A stretch of DNA of 64,000 bases from the human T2T-CHM13v2.0 reference genome, Homo sapiens. Positions 15,901 through 26,131 of the stretch are shown here, piece after piece. The stretch lies in the NCBI RefSeq assembly GCF_009914755.1, contig NC_060927.1; one strand, given 5' to 3'. Position 1 is the stretch's first letter. Each line of letters starts with the position of its first letter. Both the position numbers and the translations under genes were made by a program. Below the pieces are notes generated by a model. That model was not told the DNA's origin. It did no database searches and saw only the letters and a list, made by a program, of their open reading frames with translations.

Positions 15901-18900
15901 GTTTAATAAGAAAGAGACAGCTCCAATTAGCTGGGAATATTCTGCCGAAATGGGATTATTTTAAAAGCTCTGGCAATATTACAAAATAGCTTCAGTAAGT
16001 GAACAGCTGTTGCCGGGCCCCGCCTGCCCTGCGCACTGCGCCTCCCGCACCCTCCCATCAGGGCCGGGCCCCTTGCCCCTCCCCAGGGGCTTCAGAGTCC
16101 CTGAGAACTGTGCTCTGGCCAGCAGCCAGGGGCCCCTCTTCAGGCAGCAGGATGTAAGTTGTGGGTGTGGAGCACAGAGTCTCCATGGCCCGGACTGGAG
16201 GGGAGGGACAGTTCACACCGTGCCCTGAGGCTGGACTATGGCCTTGCTGGGGTCCTGCTTGTCCCAGAAAAAGTCATGTGGGGACCCCAGCGTCATCTCT
16301 AAAGGGCCTGCAGCCTGCTCTGCTGCCCCTGTAGCCTGGACATGTTCCCTACTTTTAGCAGGACTCCCGTCTGCTGCCCAGGCCTTCGCAGGCTCTCTGG
16401 CTCTCCAGTCAGGGGGGCAGGGCAGGGCTGCTTGTGAATCCATTTCTCCAGATTGTGAGTTCTGAGTCCACTCCCCAGGCCCACCCCTGGGCCAGGTAAG
16501 GATGCTACCTAAGGGGTCCCTCCCTCTCCTTCTTGGGGCCAATGCTCATTTCCTCTTTGGCTCCTCTTCCACTCTCCGCAGGGCCCCTCTGCATTCCTTC
16601 TCTCCAGGAGGGGCTGTCTTTGTTTCCTTGCCCATTGCAGCTGGTAGTGTTATCAGTAACTGTGTCTAAGTCCCCAGGGCTGAGGGGCAGGGGCCTGGAA
16701 GTCCTGGCCTTCCCCCTTTTCCCATGCCTGCTGGCAAAGCTCTGCAGAAAGGAGGCCTCCGCTCCCACCTCCTAAAGCCCTGGGGCTGGATCTTACCCAC
16801 AGACTCAGCATTGGCAGCTGCTTCACCTGGGCCATCTGAGGCAGCAGACTGATGCCAGCTCCTCCAGGAGCCAGCTCAGCCTCTGTGGGGAAAGCTGGGG
16901 CTGGGGCCTTGTAGGAGGCCCTGGGTCTTTTTTGGCCTGCTGCTTCTTGCCCACTCTGTCCACTTGCCACTTGGCCCACAGCTGTGGTGCCCCCATGGTG
17001 CTGGGTCCCCCAGAAGGCTCAGGCTGAAGAGTTGATGATGTTTGAACAACTTTCAGGGAAGGATACAGTTGAAAAGGACCTCAGAGTCTGGCCCATGGAA
17101 CAGGTCACTGTATAGTTGGGGAAACTAAATCCAAGTGAGAGGAAGCTCTGAGGCTATATTCTAAGACAGGATGGGAAGCAGGACTCAAGCTGTCGGCTTC
17201 AGCCCTGGTGTTTGACCCTTGTTGGCCCTGGCACTGGTAATGATGGGATTTGAACTCTCGGCCCTGGTGTGGTGGAACTGAATGAGCCCTGCCTCAGCTG
17301 CACAGGTGACCAAAGGCAACTCCCTTCCCTCTCTGAGGCAGGAGTGGGTGAGGCCCTGCTCTGGGGCTGAGGGGGTGCAGATGGGACTCTGGGTCAGGCT
17401 GCTGGACAGGGAGATCCCTGTGGGTACTGTGTGGCAGAGCCAGGGCAAGGACTGGGCCAACGGGGGTGCATTGGGGTGCCCAGATACTCCACTCATTCAT
17501 CCTGCCAAGTCCCCTCCAGGCCTGGCTGGAAAATATGGTGATTCAAGGTCTCCCTTGATGCTGCCAGGAAGAAAACCTCACGGACAAGGGAACAGCTGCT
17601 GTGGCCCCAGCCTCACCAGGCCTAGGTCTTAGGGACCCTGCCTGGGGAATGGGAACAATTTTGGGACATCCTTGGGAGGAGATCACAGCCTGGGAACTGC
17701 AGCATGATGCAAATGCACCATGTGCTAAATGGGGAAAAATGAATTTTACACCCAGACAAAGTGACTTTTATCATGTTAACGACCATGGTTTGCTCATCGT
17801 GTCTGGCGCAGTGAAATGGGGCCTGTGGATGTTTTTCTTTTAGTTCTGCTTTTAAATGGAAGCATTTTCCCCCTCAGAGCAGACAAGCCAAGCCCTTCAG
17901 ATTGGGATGACAGAAGTGCTGATTCAGCAAAAACAAAACAGAGGATTTTTTTTTTTTTTTTTTTTAATCTTCATCTGTGCCTTCCAGCAAAAATAGAGCT
18001 CAGAATGAGGAGGTGGGGTGTGGCGTGAGGAGCCCCAGCCAGGAGACAAGATTGTGGCCCTGGCCCAGCTCATCCTGGTGTGGCCTGGGACCTACCTCAC
18101 CCATTCCCAACCTCAGTTTGCCCATCAGTATCAGGAGTGAGACGGGCTGGAGGCAGAGGCTTTTAGGATCAGAGAGCTGCTCCGGCCTGGCGCTTGACTA
18201 GATGTCCATGTCAAACACATCGTACTGGGTATGTCTGGGTCTGGAACTGCCTCCTCTCTCAGACTGGGACTCCCAGGGGGCAAGGCAGGGTGGAATCATT
18301 GCTGAATCCATGGTGCCCTCAGCGGCCAGTGCAAGGTCCCTCATGGAAGGGGCAGAGATTTTTGCTGATGGAGCCAAGGCTACTTCCACGACATCTATAA
18401 GGAGCATCCAAGGGTGGACTCCGTTGGCCACGTCCCTGAGCACCCCACCCCCAACAGACTGCACCCGGCGCACATCACTGGCACATGGCAACTCCATATT
18501 GTGCTCATCAAGTTTCAGGAAAACACCATCTGATGCCTTGTATAGTTGCCCAGCACAACACCCAGCTTCCCAGAAGGAGCCTGCATTGTGCACAGTGAGG
18601 GGCTGCTCATCTAAGGCTAATGAAGAGGACATGAGGCTGGCATATCTGGAAAAGCCCTGCCCTGATGCCATGCGGTACTGCTCTGGAAGGCTCGCCCAGG
18701 TCAGGCAGACAGGGCAGAGATCAGTGGACAATTAGCCAGCTCCAGCAGAGGTAATTAATCAATGTTTGGGGCCTTCCATCTGGGAATGCTGTGATCACTG
18801 CCGTGCCTGTGCCCTGGTGGAAGTCAGGACCTGGGCTAGGCTGACAGGCAGGGACTCAATTGCTGTCAGCACCCTCACTGCCAGCACAAACACCATCACC

Positions 18901-19261
18901 AACACTGCCTCCAGCAGTTCAGTGCTGCTGTCCCCATCATGGTCACATTGCTGTCACCCTTATAGTAGCAGCGACTCCCTCACCCTGCCCTGCCCCACTG
19001 GGACTCACTATCACCATCCCCATCCACAGTCACCTGTGCTCACTCTTCCCCGACTCAAGACACTTTTACACTGTTCCCACAGTCCCAAAAGATATACAGG
19101 CAGCTTAGTGGTAGGGAGACCAAGGCACAGAGAGAGAAAGGGCCATGCCATCTAAACAAGAGAGAGAAGCCAGCCCCCTGGCATATAGACTATGGTCGCT
19201 TCCATCCCTCCCCTCCCCTGTTCCAATACCAGCTGCTCACAGCGAAGATCCTTCCTCCTCG

Positions 19262-19650
19262 TACCAGTCAGGATGGGCTCAGTTAGGTTGCAATGACAAC
19301 AACCCTAAAATCTTACTGGTTTAAAATAATGAAGATTTATCTCTTTTTCCTGCTCCCTGCTCTTCATGGGTCAGCTGAGGCTCTGTTCTGTGTCATTCTC
19401 ATACTGAGCCCCGGCTGGCCAGATAGCCAAATTCTGGAAAACTGACTGTTGTCATGGTGGAGGGAGATCCGGCCCCTAAAAGGTCTCACACCAGCAATTA
19501 AAAGCCCTGTCCTGAAAGTGCTGCCTCTGCTCACCACTCATCGCCGGAACCAGGCACGCACCCCTGCATGACCACCAGGGGGCAGGAAGGTGCAATCCTA
19601 CCTTTAGCCAGGAAGCAAGGGGATCAGGTGGATTTGGCACCCACCAACAG
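19262..19650. mobile_element. Ancient MaLR LTR (MLT1-type)
   Basis: Resembles the recalled MLT1K/L consensus (CAGTCAGGAT...AACAACCC.AAAATCT...GGGTCAGCTG.GGCTCTG...AGCAATTAAA...GGGGGCAGGAAG.TGCAATCCTACC). Confidence 0.65.
19569..19587 (+). promoter_or_regulatory. CTCF core motif (forward)
   Basis: TGACCACCAGGGGGCAGGA matches the CCASYAGRKGGCR core. Confidence 0.55.
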
Positions 19651-19792
19651 TGGAGATCCGATTTCTCTTCCTCTCCCTGCCTTCACTCCTTGCCCCACCT
19701 ATCCATGTCCTCCAGCCCCCTGGTCCAGCAGGATTGTGAGGGTTCAGGTGGGGCTTCCTCAGTCTTCCTGGGATCACAGGCTGTGCTTCCTG

Positions 19793-20749
19793 TGTGGGGA
19801 AAAGCAAGAGAGATCAGATTGTCACTGTGTCTGTGTAGAAAGAAGTAGACATAGGAGACTCCATTTTGTTATGTACTAAGAAAAATTCTTCTGCCTTGAG
19901 ATTCTGTGACCTTACCCCCAACCCCGTGCTCTCTGAAACATGTGTTGTCAACTCAGAGTTGAATGGATTAAGGGCAGTGCAAGATGTGCTTTGTTAAACA
20001 GATGCTTGAAGGCAGCATGCTCCTTAAGAGTCATCACCACTCCCTAATCTCAAGTACCCAGGGACACAAAAACTGCGGAAGGCCGCAGGGACCTCTGCCT
20101 AGGAAAGCCAGGTATTGTCCCAGGTTTCTCCCCATGTGATAGTCTGAAATATGGCCTCGTGGGAAGGGAAAGACCTGACTGTCCCCCAGCCCGACACCCG
20201 TAAAGGGTCTGTGCTGAGGAGGATTAGTAAAAGAGGAAGGAATGCCTCTTGCAGTTGAGACAAGAGGAAGGCATCTGTCTCCTGCCTGTCCCTGGGCAAT
20301 GGAATGTCTCGGTATAAAACCCGATTGTATGCTCCATCTACTGAGATAGGGAAAAACCGCCTTAGGGCTGGAGGTGGGACCTGCGGGCAGCAATACTGCT
20401 TTGTAAAGCATTGAGATGTTTATGTTATGCATATCTAAAAGCACAGCACTTAATCCTTTACATTGTCTATGATGCAAAGACCTTTGTTCACGTGTTTGTC
20501 TGCTGACCCTCTCCCCACAATTGTCTTGTGACCCTGACACATCCCCCTCTTCGAGAAACACCCACGAATGATCCATAAATACTAAGGGAACTCAGAGGCT
20601 GGCAGGATCCTCCATATGCTGAACGCTAGTTCCCCGGGTCCCCTTATTTCTTTCTCTATACTTTGTCTCTGTGTCTTTTTCTTTCCTAAGTCTCTCGTTC
20701 CACCTTACGAGAAACACCCACAGGTGTGGAGGGGCAACCCACCCCTACA
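19793..20749 (+). mobile_element. HERV-K(HML-2) solo LTR, LTR5_Hs-type
   Basis: Starts TGTGGGGAAAAGCAAGAGAGATCAGATTG and ends GGGGCAACCCACCCCTACA; 957 bp with TG...CA termini; perfect TSD TCCTG (19788-19792 / 20750-20754); TATAAAA at 20313-20319. Confidence 0.97.
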
Positions 20750-21099
20750 TCCTGCTCCAGGCCCTGGCTCCCAGATGCCAGAGAGCCTTTCCTCAGGAGG
20801 CAGATGGGCAAGGCTCTGGGACTCCAGGAAAGAATGCCCCCGGAGATGAGGCTGGGTTAGCCAGCAGCACGTGGGAGCCTGTCCTGTCCCAGGGGAGCCT
20901 TGTGGAAAGGGAAGGAGGGTCTGAGCTGGGCCTTGGACAGTGGCTCTGGCTATGGGTGTGGTGAGTTGCAATGGGAGAGGCTGGGGCAGGAAGCAGCTGG
21001 GATTGTCTCAGGAGGGTACAGAGAGGGAGAGGATGGGCCAGCTTCAGCAAGAAGGCCAAGAGAGAGGAGGAGGGTGAATGAGGTACGCAGAGAGAGGAA

Positions 21100-21211
21100 T
21101 GAGGCCTTTGGGTAACAGTCTGGAATTCTGGGGTTCAGCCCCAGGGCTCCAGTCCCCCAAGGCATGTCATCTTGGCTGCCCAGGAAAGGAGATGTCAAAG
21201 GCAATGGGTAT
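21100..21211 (+). repeat. Composite segment whose halves are duplicated at 21410-21462 and 22124-22185
   Basis: 21100-21152 vs 21410-21462: 3 mismatches in 53 bp. 21150-21211 vs 22124-22185: 2 mismatches in 62 bp. Confidence 0.9.
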
Positions 21212-22553
21212 AGAATGGCTGGTGTGGGCTGTGAGCCTCCGGGTCTGTGCAAGCATCTATCAGGCACCAGCTGGGGCACCCTAGTCTCATGCTGATCCTC
21301 CAAATTCAAACCTGGCTGAGGGTCCCTGCAGTCTGGTCTAGCCCCAGGGTTTGGGCTGTAGGAGGAGATCCGAGGCTAGGGATTGCAGGGAAGGAGGAAG
21401 ATGGCTGCCTGAGGCCTCTGGGTAACAGTCTAGAATTCTGGGGTTCAGACCCAGGGCTCCAGATTCCCAATTTGGGGCTCATTTTGCTCCATCATCATAG
21501 GCCAAGGCCAGAAGAGGGGCAGTGATGTGTCAGGATGGGGATGGGTCCAGGCTAGCCCACGTCTGATTCTTCCGGTACTGGGGTGCCTGTGCCCAGGCAA
21601 GCAGGGCTCTTCCCACATCATCCATCACTAGGCCACAGAAGGCTGGTCAGGATCAATAAACAAACAATTATCCTGTCATCACTGATTGTAGGCCTGGGGC
21701 AGGGTGGCAGCTAAGCGGGGAGCACCCGGTAAACGGGAGTTTCTGATGAGAACAACCCACACCTCAGGGGTTGGCTCAGGATGGGGGTGCAGGGGAAGAG
21801 GACTGTGGAGGTTGCCAGGCAAGGCTGCCCTACAATGGGGGCAGGGCCCAGGAAGACTGAACTCTGTCTGGTAAGCCACCCCAGGGGGCTGCCTGAAGGA
21901 AGCTGGAGGCTGAACTGGACCCACCCCCTCACCCTCTCCCCTCTTTCTGATGTTTCCCTCTTCCCTTTTTCCCCAGCCACCTAAGCTGGGGGCAGGGGCA
22001 CATCAGGAAAGTTAGTAACTGAGCTATTCCAGTCACAAATTAAGAGTCCTTCTCTGCTGGTCTATTGTACTTCCCTCATCTTGGGATGCCTAAACAGTCA
22101 ACCAAAATAATAATTTGTCACTGCAGTCCCCCAAGGTATGTCATCTTGGCTGCCCAGGAAGGGAGATGTCAAAGGCAATGGGTATGGATCTGACTGGTGA
22201 GGGAGGCAGGAACACCCACAACCCTGGAGTCTGGGTCCCAGCTCCTGAGAAATGTTTGGGGTCTGACCTGGGAATAGAGGAGTTGCACCCTGAACTTCTT
22301 GGTGGGTGGGGCAGGGCCAAATCTGCAGACTCAACAGAGAGGAGCCAGAGCTGCACATCTCCCCCAGTTCTGTTCCTTGTCCCATTCCCAGCCCCATGGA
22401 AGGGAAATCTCTCTCCATCAGAGGAAAGGGACAAAAGGAGAAGTGATTTATTATTCTATTCCATTATGCCTGTTTCCAGAGAAACTAATTATGGTGCATT
22501 GTTGTTTTAGATACTTTCAGAAAGATTACATTTTCTTACTTTGGCCGATAAAA

Positions 22554-22687
22554 AAATTAAATCCATCACTTTTCCTAAACACATTACAGTAAAGACAGAC
22601 TTGCTCCTTGTAATTATTAATCAGTCGGATTTGGGGACGCAAAGCGTTTGACTTAAGCTCAATACAGTCATGAACAATGTCCCGGGA
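22554..22687 (+). repeat. Local duplication C, copy 1 (134 bp) inside an AT-rich enhancer-like block
   Basis: Ungapped match to 24078-24211 with about 10 mismatches. Confidence 0.95.
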
Positions 22688-22916
22688 TCGTATTTGGTAT
22701 TGAAACAATTTTTCAATTTATTAAAAAGTCATTAAGGCAGTTGGGGTGGGAGGTAAGGAGAGCTGGACTAAGCCGCTGAGTCAGGGTTGTGGATTGGGGG
22801 TGTAGAGTCATCAAGGGGCTTCTGCAAGTGGGAAGAAACGCAGTGTGTCTTACTCCTACACCTGGCTCTGAGGGGCCTGCTCAAGTTGAGATGGGACCCT
22901 AAGAAGTCAGCCTCAA

Positions 22917-23207
22917 GGCTGGGCACGGTGGCTTACACCTGTAATCCCAGCACTTTGGGAGGCCAAGGCAGGCAGATCACTTGAGGTCAGGAGCTCGAGA
23001 CCACCCTGGACAACATGGTGAAAACCCATCTCTACTAAAAATACAAAAATTAGCCAGGCACGGTGGTGCATGCCTGTAGTCCCAGCTAGTTGGGAGGCTG
23101 AGGCAGGAGAATTGCTTGAACCTAGGAAGCAGAAGTTGCAGTGAGCCGAGACTGTACCACTGCGCTCCAGCCAGGGTGACAGCTAAAAAAAAAAAAAAAA
23201 AAAAAAA
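22917..23207 (+). mobile_element. AluS
   Basis: Full Alu dimer with an A23 tail. Confidence 0.93.
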
Positions 23208-24077
23208 GAGTCAGGAATCAGGCCCTGCCCCCACCTCAGCAACCTCATACTATACTCATTCATCTGTCCACGGTCCACTCCTTCGGGTTGTGAGCTCACC
23301 GCATGGAACGGTGACAGTAATGTAGTAATGGGTCACTCAGGGGGAACAATTTGCCCTACGGAGCCCTGAGCCCACTCTCCAGTGGTCTTGCACCAAGGAC
23401 TGACAGTCAGCCTGACTCCCACCCCTGGCAGGGAGAGAGGCCCCTCCTACCAGCTCAGGCCCTTGGAGCCCCCAGCTGGGGACATGTGGCTATTTGGAAG
23501 GACACCTGGTGTGGCCGAGTGCCTTGTTCCAGTCGCTGGCCTTGCTCACTCAATCATTTAATTACTCCTCTGACACTTCCTGCTCCCAGGAGGGATTTAC
23601 AGGGGTTTAGGAGACTGGCAAGCTACAAGCCCAGCTTAGCCTGCGTCCTGGCTCAGGTGGGAGTGGAAGGGCGGCAATAGGACCCAGGCTCAAGTCATAG
23701 CTCAGCCACTTGCAAATTGCTGACCTTGGACAAGTTAGTTAAACTCACTGAGCTTCAGTTTCCACTTCTAGCGAAAGGGGTCCTGTCTCCTCACACAGGA
23801 CAAGGAGGTCATGAGACCTGTGTCTGCCCCTCCTGGGCGGGAGCTCTGTCACATCACCTGTCTCCCTCTCTGCCATCAGGGCAAAGTCTGGCTCCCCGTC
23901 AGGGGCTGCTTCTTTTGGTTCCCTCTGACTGGATACCTACCCTCTCCCACGAGCCTTTCTTCTGAATTCCACCCACCCTTCTTCAGGCTTCTGCTTTAAT
24001 GACCTTCCCCAAATCTGGGTGGGGCCCTCTGGGTATTCCTGCCCAGACTGGGGGAAGATCATTAAAGTAGAGGCCTG

Positions 24078-24211
24078 AAATTAAATCCACCAGTTTTCCT
24101 AAACACATTACACTAAAGACAGACTTGCTCCTTGTAATTATGAATCAGTTGGATTTGGGGATGCAAAGCATTTGACTTAAGCTCCACAGAGTCATGAACA
24201 ATGTCCCGGGA
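24078..24211 (+). repeat. Local duplication C, copy 2
   Basis: Matches 22554-22687; three CpGs of copy 1 are TpG/CpA here. Confidence 0.95.
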
Positions 24212-26110
24212 ATGCATGTGGTGTAAGACATGGGGTTCAGAAAAGCCAGGTCTCGTCTCTGACATCCCCCAACAGAGCTGAGACCTGGTACCCCCAAGCC
24301 CCATCCACACGAGACTCCCACGCGAGACTTGGACCTTGCCGGATTGGGCAGGCCACTCTTTCTGTGGGTTTATTGGGAGGGTCCAGGACCTCAGAGCCAG
24401 AGGACCAGGCAGTGCTGAGCCCTCATAGGATCTCTTGATCCAGCACTGAACGACCCCATCCAGTTTAAGGCCATGCCACCCTGAACGTGCCTGATCTCGT
24501 CTGAGAGACCCCATCCAGCAACAAGACCTGCCAGCTCTGCTCTCTGCCCCCAGCTGAGTGCCCTGCTCTGGACCTGCTTCCAGCCCCACTCTTGAGATGC
24601 CCACACCCTCCAAGAAACTCAGGACGAGGCAGGGGCTGGGGGCCAGGGCTTGCATTGCCAATGACTCCTGGGTGACCTGAGCCAGCTCTGCCACTGTGTA
24701 CCTTTGTTTCCTCATAGGTACGATATCCCCACCCCCACCCCATTAGCAGAACAGAGATTGCGCTGGAGATCAAATATCTGAACAGAGGAGAGGACTCCAG
24801 AAGAGGAAGGAGGCCCTGGGAGGGCTGAGGTTTGAGCATCAACATAATTGGAGGTGACTGGTGAGGTTGGGGCAGGGTCTGAGCACAGCTGAGCTTCAGG
24901 CCTGCCCTGCTTCTGGCTGTCACAGGCCACAGGGCTGCAGAGATGGGCTGCTGGGTGCCTCGATCCTTGGCCCCCGCTCCTGCGTCTCTCACCTGTGGGC
25001 AGGTAGAATTGAGCATGCTCCAGATACTCCATTTCTGGGGGATTTATGGAGGATTTTATCTTCCCTCCTTGATCACTGGTGAGGGGAAGGAGAGGGAATG
25101 CTTCATTCCCTCCCCTTTAGAGGGGCAAGGAAGAGCAGCCTGGCCACCCTCAAGCTTGGAAAATACTGTCTGAACCCCACATTGGCTAACCCTCCTTCCC
25201 CCCATGGGGCCTCATCAGGACCTGGCGGGTACCGGGAGAGGATGGCAGCCATTTAAGCTGTCACCAGCTCCATCAGAGGATTTAAATCACTGACACAGAG
25301 TAACAGCACTGTAGATTACAGCGTGGGAGCCACGCGGGCACAGCACAGCAGAGGCGGGGGGAGGGAGGCAGTGAGGAGGTGCGGGCCAAGAGGCATCTTC
25401 TTGGCACCTCAGCTGGGGGTTTCTCTGCAGCTGAGGCCATCCCAGCAGGGAGTCCCTGAGCATCCCACCTCCCCCTCCACCCAGACTAGTTCCCCACAGA
25501 AGCCCCCACACTACTGGGCTGCTTCAGGGCAGCTGGGAACCTATTCTTTGTGTCCTCCAGATAAGGGCTTGAGGTCTTAACTCATGGACTCTGTACCCAG
25601 AGGCCTCACAGTCACGGGCACCCCTGAGAGTGGTGGTGGGGGCAGGGGCACCTGGCAGGGAGCCTGCCTGCTCTTGCTCACAGGCACCCAGCCATTGTCT
25701 CTGATTGCATGGTATTAGCCATAAATTACAGCCTTTGGGAGGCCGCATGTAAAAATAAAATAAAATAAATGTCAAAAGACAGAGAAAATGTTGATTCTTC
25801 AGGGAGAAGAAAGGATGGCTTGGATAAATTAAAACTTTGAGAGGAAGTGGAGTGTGGGAAGATGGTCCCTGGGACCCAGGAGCTGCTGGGGCATGGTAGG
25901 GGTAGCCTGGAGAACATCATCCAGTCTGTCGACAAACACGCTGGTCCTTCCTGAGGTCTTGGCCTATCCAGGCCAATGTGGGGGAAACACAGGAACCATG
26001 GGGCCCCACCCATTGTGGGCAGCATAGCCATGAAACTCCGCAGGAGGAACCCCAGGCACTGACTCAGCAGACACGTGGCTGGGCTCAGGCTGGGGCCTGG
26101 TAGGGTTGTG

Positions 26111-26131
26111 GGAACTCTCCATGGTGCTGAG
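26111..26131 (-). promoter_or_regulatory. RE1/NRSE (REST binding site)
   Basis: Minus strand CTCAGCACCATGGAGAGTTCC vs consensus TTCAGCACCNNGGACAGCGCC; canonical 2-nt spacer between half-sites. Confidence 0.7.

Noticed and set aside
18198-18735. Two antiparallel 177-aa ORFs
   Set aside because: No recognisable homology or splice context; partly overlaps L2-like decayed sequence.
20034-20576. 180-aa minus-strand ORF inside the HERV-K LTR
   Set aside because: Entirely LTR sequence; a solo LTR carries no gag/pol/env.
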